This document shows positions 7,772 through 8,920 of a stretch of DNA of 8,920 nt, one piece after another. Every line of letters starts with the position of its first letter. The first letter of the stretch is position 1. The position numbers and the translations under genes are program-made. This DNA is from Candidatus Caldarchaeales archaeon (lineage in GTDB: Archaea; Thermoproteota; Nitrososphaeria_A; Caldarchaeales; Calditenuaceae): NCBI GenBank assembly GCA_039630085.1, contig JBCNVM010000023.1:1-8920 (forward strand). The letters are read 5' to 3'. Under the pieces are notes generated by a model that worked only from the letters and a program-made list of their open reading frames with translations, searched no databases and was not told the DNA's origin.

Positions 7772-8260
7772 GGCCCTGCAGCGGTCGCAGGGCGCGACGC
7801 CCTTCTCGTCCGTGTCCTCGATCGTGTTGCTGAAGTACATCACGCACTCCCTCCTCGGGCAGTGCCTCAGCCCCAGCAGGTGACCGAGCTCGTGGGCTAT
7901 CTCCTTCCTCACCCTCTCGACGAACCTCCGGGGGTCGGGGTGCCTGAGCCTAAAGGTCGAGACGACCGCGGACCTCCTGTACGCGAGCCCGAAGCAGAAG
8001 TTGAAGCCGTCGACGTAGATGTCGCTCGGGACGAGGAGCAGAAGGAGTCCCCTCTCGGGCACCATCGACTCGGTCCTCTTCAGGAGCTGCAGCGCGTCGA
8101 CCTGACCCCTCCGCCTGTTCGTCGAGGCCGCGATGAGGTCGGTCAGGTCCGATCTCTCGACCTTCACAGGCAGGTCGTAAACCTCTTGGACCACTGAGGC
8201 AGCGCTCAACGCCGCCCCCTCGACCCCCTCGTCTACCACCACCAGCACCCCTCCCCGCAT
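7757..8260 (-). CDS. amzA: Archaemetzincin (zinc metalloprotease, AmzA family)
   Basis: The signature HELGHLLGLRHCPRRECVM...APCDRC matches the HExxHxxGxxxCxxxxCxM...CxxC pattern of archaemetzincins. The tracked ORF runs to 8380, but I place the start at Met41 (complement of 8258-8260; MRGGVLVVVDEG...). Three observations support this: a TTAAAT box lies about 27 nt upstream, the 40 extra codons are low-complexity (GGRLSIAVRSSGGDPSTSRT...), and the resulting 167 aa fits the family size. Confidence 0.85.
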   Translation of the reverse strand: MRGGVLVVVDEGVEGAALSAASVVQEVYDLPVKVERSDLTDLIAASTNRRRGQVDALQLLKRTESMVPERGLLLLLVPSDIYVDGFNFCFGLAYRRSAVVSTFRLRHPDPRRFVERVRKEIAHELGHLLGLRHCPRRECVMYFSNTIEDTDEKGVAPCDRCRALILG

Positions 8261-8284
8261 GCGAGCCGTCTCGTCCCGCGCCCG

Positions 8285-8290
8285 ATTTAA
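8285..8290 (-). promoter_or_regulatory. TATA-like box (TTAAAT on the minus strand) for amzA
   Basis: The minus strand reads GGCTTAAATCGGG. The box is centred about 27 nt upstream of the ATG at 8260, which supports the shortened amzA start and a leaderless transcript. Confidence 0.45.
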
Positions 8291-8356
8291 GCCAAGCCCT
8301 CTGTCGTGGGCTAAAGTCCTTGATGTGCTCGGGTCGCCTCCGGATGACCGTACTGC

Positions 8357-8400
8357 GATAGACAGTCTGCCACCATTCAAGCAGGATTGATACCCAGTCT
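8357..8400 (+). repeat. Two 12-nt direct repeats, GATAGACAGTCT and GATACCCAGTCT, spaced 32 nt start to start
   Basis: Positions 8357-8368 and 8389-8400 match at 10 of 12 positions. They lie in non-coding DNA between amzA and the membrane-protein gene. Confidence 0.4.
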
Positions 8401-8447
8401 CGACAAACAGAGCTACACCACATCGACTCGGGTGAACCTAAATCCCT

Positions 8448-8490
8448 GGTAATGTGAATCTGTATGCAACAGCGTAATATCACATACACC
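8448..8490. repeat. Imperfect 43-nt inverted repeat / hairpin (ATGTGA ... TCACAT)
   Basis: ATGTGA (8452-8457) is the exact reverse complement of TCACAT (8480-8485). The stem is extended outward by GGT (8448-8450)/ACC (8488-8490) and inward by CTGT (8460-8463)/ACAG (8469-8472) around the loop ATGCA. That gives 13 exact base pairs (15 if two bulge-requiring A-T pairs are counted), interrupted by internal loops. It lies immediately upstream of the candidate TATA box at 8493-8502. Confidence 0.5.
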
Positions 8491-8492
8491 AG

Positions 8493-8502
8493 AAATTCTT
8501 AA
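8493..8502 (+). promoter_or_regulatory. Possible TATA-like box (AAATTCTTAA) for the downstream membrane-protein gene
   Basis: This A/T-rich decamer is centred about 25-30 nt upstream of the candidate TTG 8522 and GTG 8528 starts. An alternative box, TAATATC at 8474-8480, would give a roughly 20-nt leader containing AAGGGGA. Confidence 0.25.
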
Positions 8503-8527
8503 GGGGAAGCAGTGGCGTTATTTGATT

Positions 8528-8920
8528 GTGAAAAAAGCGGAAACCGAAACCATCAGACTCGGGCTTAACCTCCCGCTCTTCATCGCGGCGATGATAGCGA
8601 TAGGCACCGGCACGCTGGTCGGGATGATGGGCATCTGGGGAGCCGCCGCGTGGGGTCGAGCCGTTCCCGAGTGGGAGAAGGTCGGTCACGCCCACAGCTC
8701 CTGGTGGGCGGTCCTGATCGTGATAGCGGCGATGGTCCTCCCCAGCCTCAGCATCAAGCCGTGGGCGAAGAAGCTGATCGTCGCGGGGACATTCCTAGGA
8801 CCGACGCTCTGGATCGGCGTGCTGGCGACCTATTACGAAATCGGAGGTCCCGCGATCTGGAGGATCGAGGCCCCCGCCGCGCCCGGGACCTACTACGAGC
8901 TACCTCTTATCGGATTGATC
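8528..8920 (+). CDS. Integral membrane protein of unknown function (N-terminal about 131 codons, runs off the right edge)
   Basis: Hand translation shows the frame open from 8453 to the window end: VKKAETETIRLGLNLPLFIAAMIAIGTGTLVGMMGIWGAAAWGRAVPEWEKVGHAHSSWWAVLIVIAAMVLPSLSIKPWAKKLIVAGTFLGPTLWIGVLATYYEIGGPAIWRIEAPAAPGTYYELPLIGLI. It contains at least three hydrophobic helices, and GC3 bias resumes from about 8540. The start is ambiguous: GTG 8528, TTG 8522, or less likely ATG 8591, which would truncate the first helix. The ORF is not in the supplied track because it is truncated and non-ATG. Confidence 0.6.
   Translation, partial: MKKAETETIRLGLNLPLFIAAMIAIGTGTLVGMMGIWGAAAWGRAVPEWEKVGHAHSSWWAVLIVIAAMVLPSLSIKPWAKKLIVAGTFLGPTLWIGVLATYYEIGGPAIWRIEAPAAPGTYYELPLIGLI

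Noticed and set aside
7773-7793. A 7-bp GC hairpin GCCCTGC-agcggtc-GCAGGGC immediately after the stop of the 143-aa gene, looking like a terminator.
   Set aside because: It lies inside amzA and encodes the conserved zinc-binding Cys-Asp-Arg-Cys. The symmetry follows from TGC...GCA codon pairing, and archaeal termination relies on T-runs, which are absent here. At most it is a secondary role.
8285-8320. tRNA-like D-loop string AGCCAAGCC at 8290-8298, raising the possibility of a tRNA or split-tRNA half.
   Set aside because: There is no acceptor stem, no anticodon arm and no GTTCRAATC T-loop on either strand nearby. The closest candidate, GGGTGAACCTAAATCCC, has an 11-nt loop and only a 3-bp stem.
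8320-8372. C/D-box sRNA candidate: TGATGTG (8321-8327) and GGATGAC (8342-8348) resemble C/C' boxes.
   Set aside because: No CUGA D or D' box follows at the required spacing, neither C-like box matches RUGAUGA exactly, and there is no terminal stem. Other exact [AG]TGATGA matches in the window (for example 350-356, 1775-1781 and the complement of 2334-2340) lie inside carB and also lack D boxes.
8528-8551. CRISPR-repeat-like ending GAAAC occurring twice (GCGGAAACCGAAAC).
   Set aside because: It is just two adjacent pentamers, with no repeat-spacer periodicity anywhere in the window and no cas genes.
8503-8565. Origin-recognition-box-like fragments: GCAGTGGCG at 8509-8517 and GGAAACCGAAAC at 8539-8550, reminiscent of the TCCAGTGGAAACGAAAC part of archaeal ORB elements, in an AT-richer spacer.
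   Set aside because: The two half-matches are about 20 nt apart rather than contiguous, and the TCCA-N-TGGA dyad is absent. There are no multiple inverted ORB copies flanking an AT-rich unwinding element and no orc1/cdc6 gene in the window. Part of the match lies in probable coding sequence.
8295-8568. RNase P RNA-like motifs in the correct 5'-to-3' order on the plus strand. They are a hairpin (8295-8312) followed directly by AAAGUCC (8313-8319, CR-I-like), GGGUGAA (8430-8436, CR-II-like), CUAAAU (8438-8443), and CAGACUCGGGCUUAA (8554-8568, resembling ACAGAA..GGCUUA of CR-V). A possible P4 pairing AAG(U)CCU/GGGCUU includes a bulged U.
   Set aside because: I could not build P1 or a convincing P2: both candidate terminal strands are C-rich and cannot pair. 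The interval is only about 44-58% GC, whereas structural RNAs in a GC-rich and probably thermophilic archaeon should be markedly GC-rich with long G-C helices. The 3' motifs also fall in what reads as the coding N-terminus of the membrane protein. The resemblance is worth one cmsearch with the archaeal RNase P covariance model, but it is not reportable as a feature.
7950-8695. Minus-strand ORFs 7950-8489 (179 aa) and 8480-8695 (71 aa) that run through the long spacer.
   Set aside because: The 179-aa product is Cys/Trp/Arg-rich within the spacer and becomes an off-frame read of amzA. The 71-aa ORF is antisense to the GC3-biased membrane-protein frame. The open frame across 8261-8489 is mildly unusual for about 50% GC DNA, but nothing about the peptide looks protein-like.

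Overview
This is a GC-rich segment with strong GC3 bias (AGG/CTC/GAG-rich). It looks like ordinary archaeal chromosome backbone, possibly from a thermophilic Thermoproteota-type organism, though that assignment is inference only. Nine protein-coding genes can be supported. They are: a truncated winged-helix gene (1-137, -); carB (202-3465, -) and carA (3465-4538, -), joined by a 1-nt TGATG stop/start overlap; an uncharacterised 258-aa protein with a globular domain and a coiled coil (4685-5461, -); a classical SDR oxidoreductase (5503-6279, -); heme O synthase ctaB/cyoE (6377-7270, +); an uncharacterised 143-aa protein (7340-7771, +); archaemetzincin (7757-8260, -), whose tracked ORF I shorten; and a truncated membrane protein (about 8528-8920, +). 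Most genes have an A/T-rich TATA-like box centred about 25-31 nt upstream of the start codon, which suggests leaderless or near-leaderless transcripts. I recognise no rRNA, tRNA, CRISPR array, transposase, integrase or known defence gene. Three parts are not explained by known families: the 258-aa modular protein, the 143-aa protein, and a 267-nt, comparatively AT-rich spacer (8261-8527) that carries direct and inverted repeats. I could not substantiate a novel multi-gene system from the sequence alone, so all findings are rated modestly.
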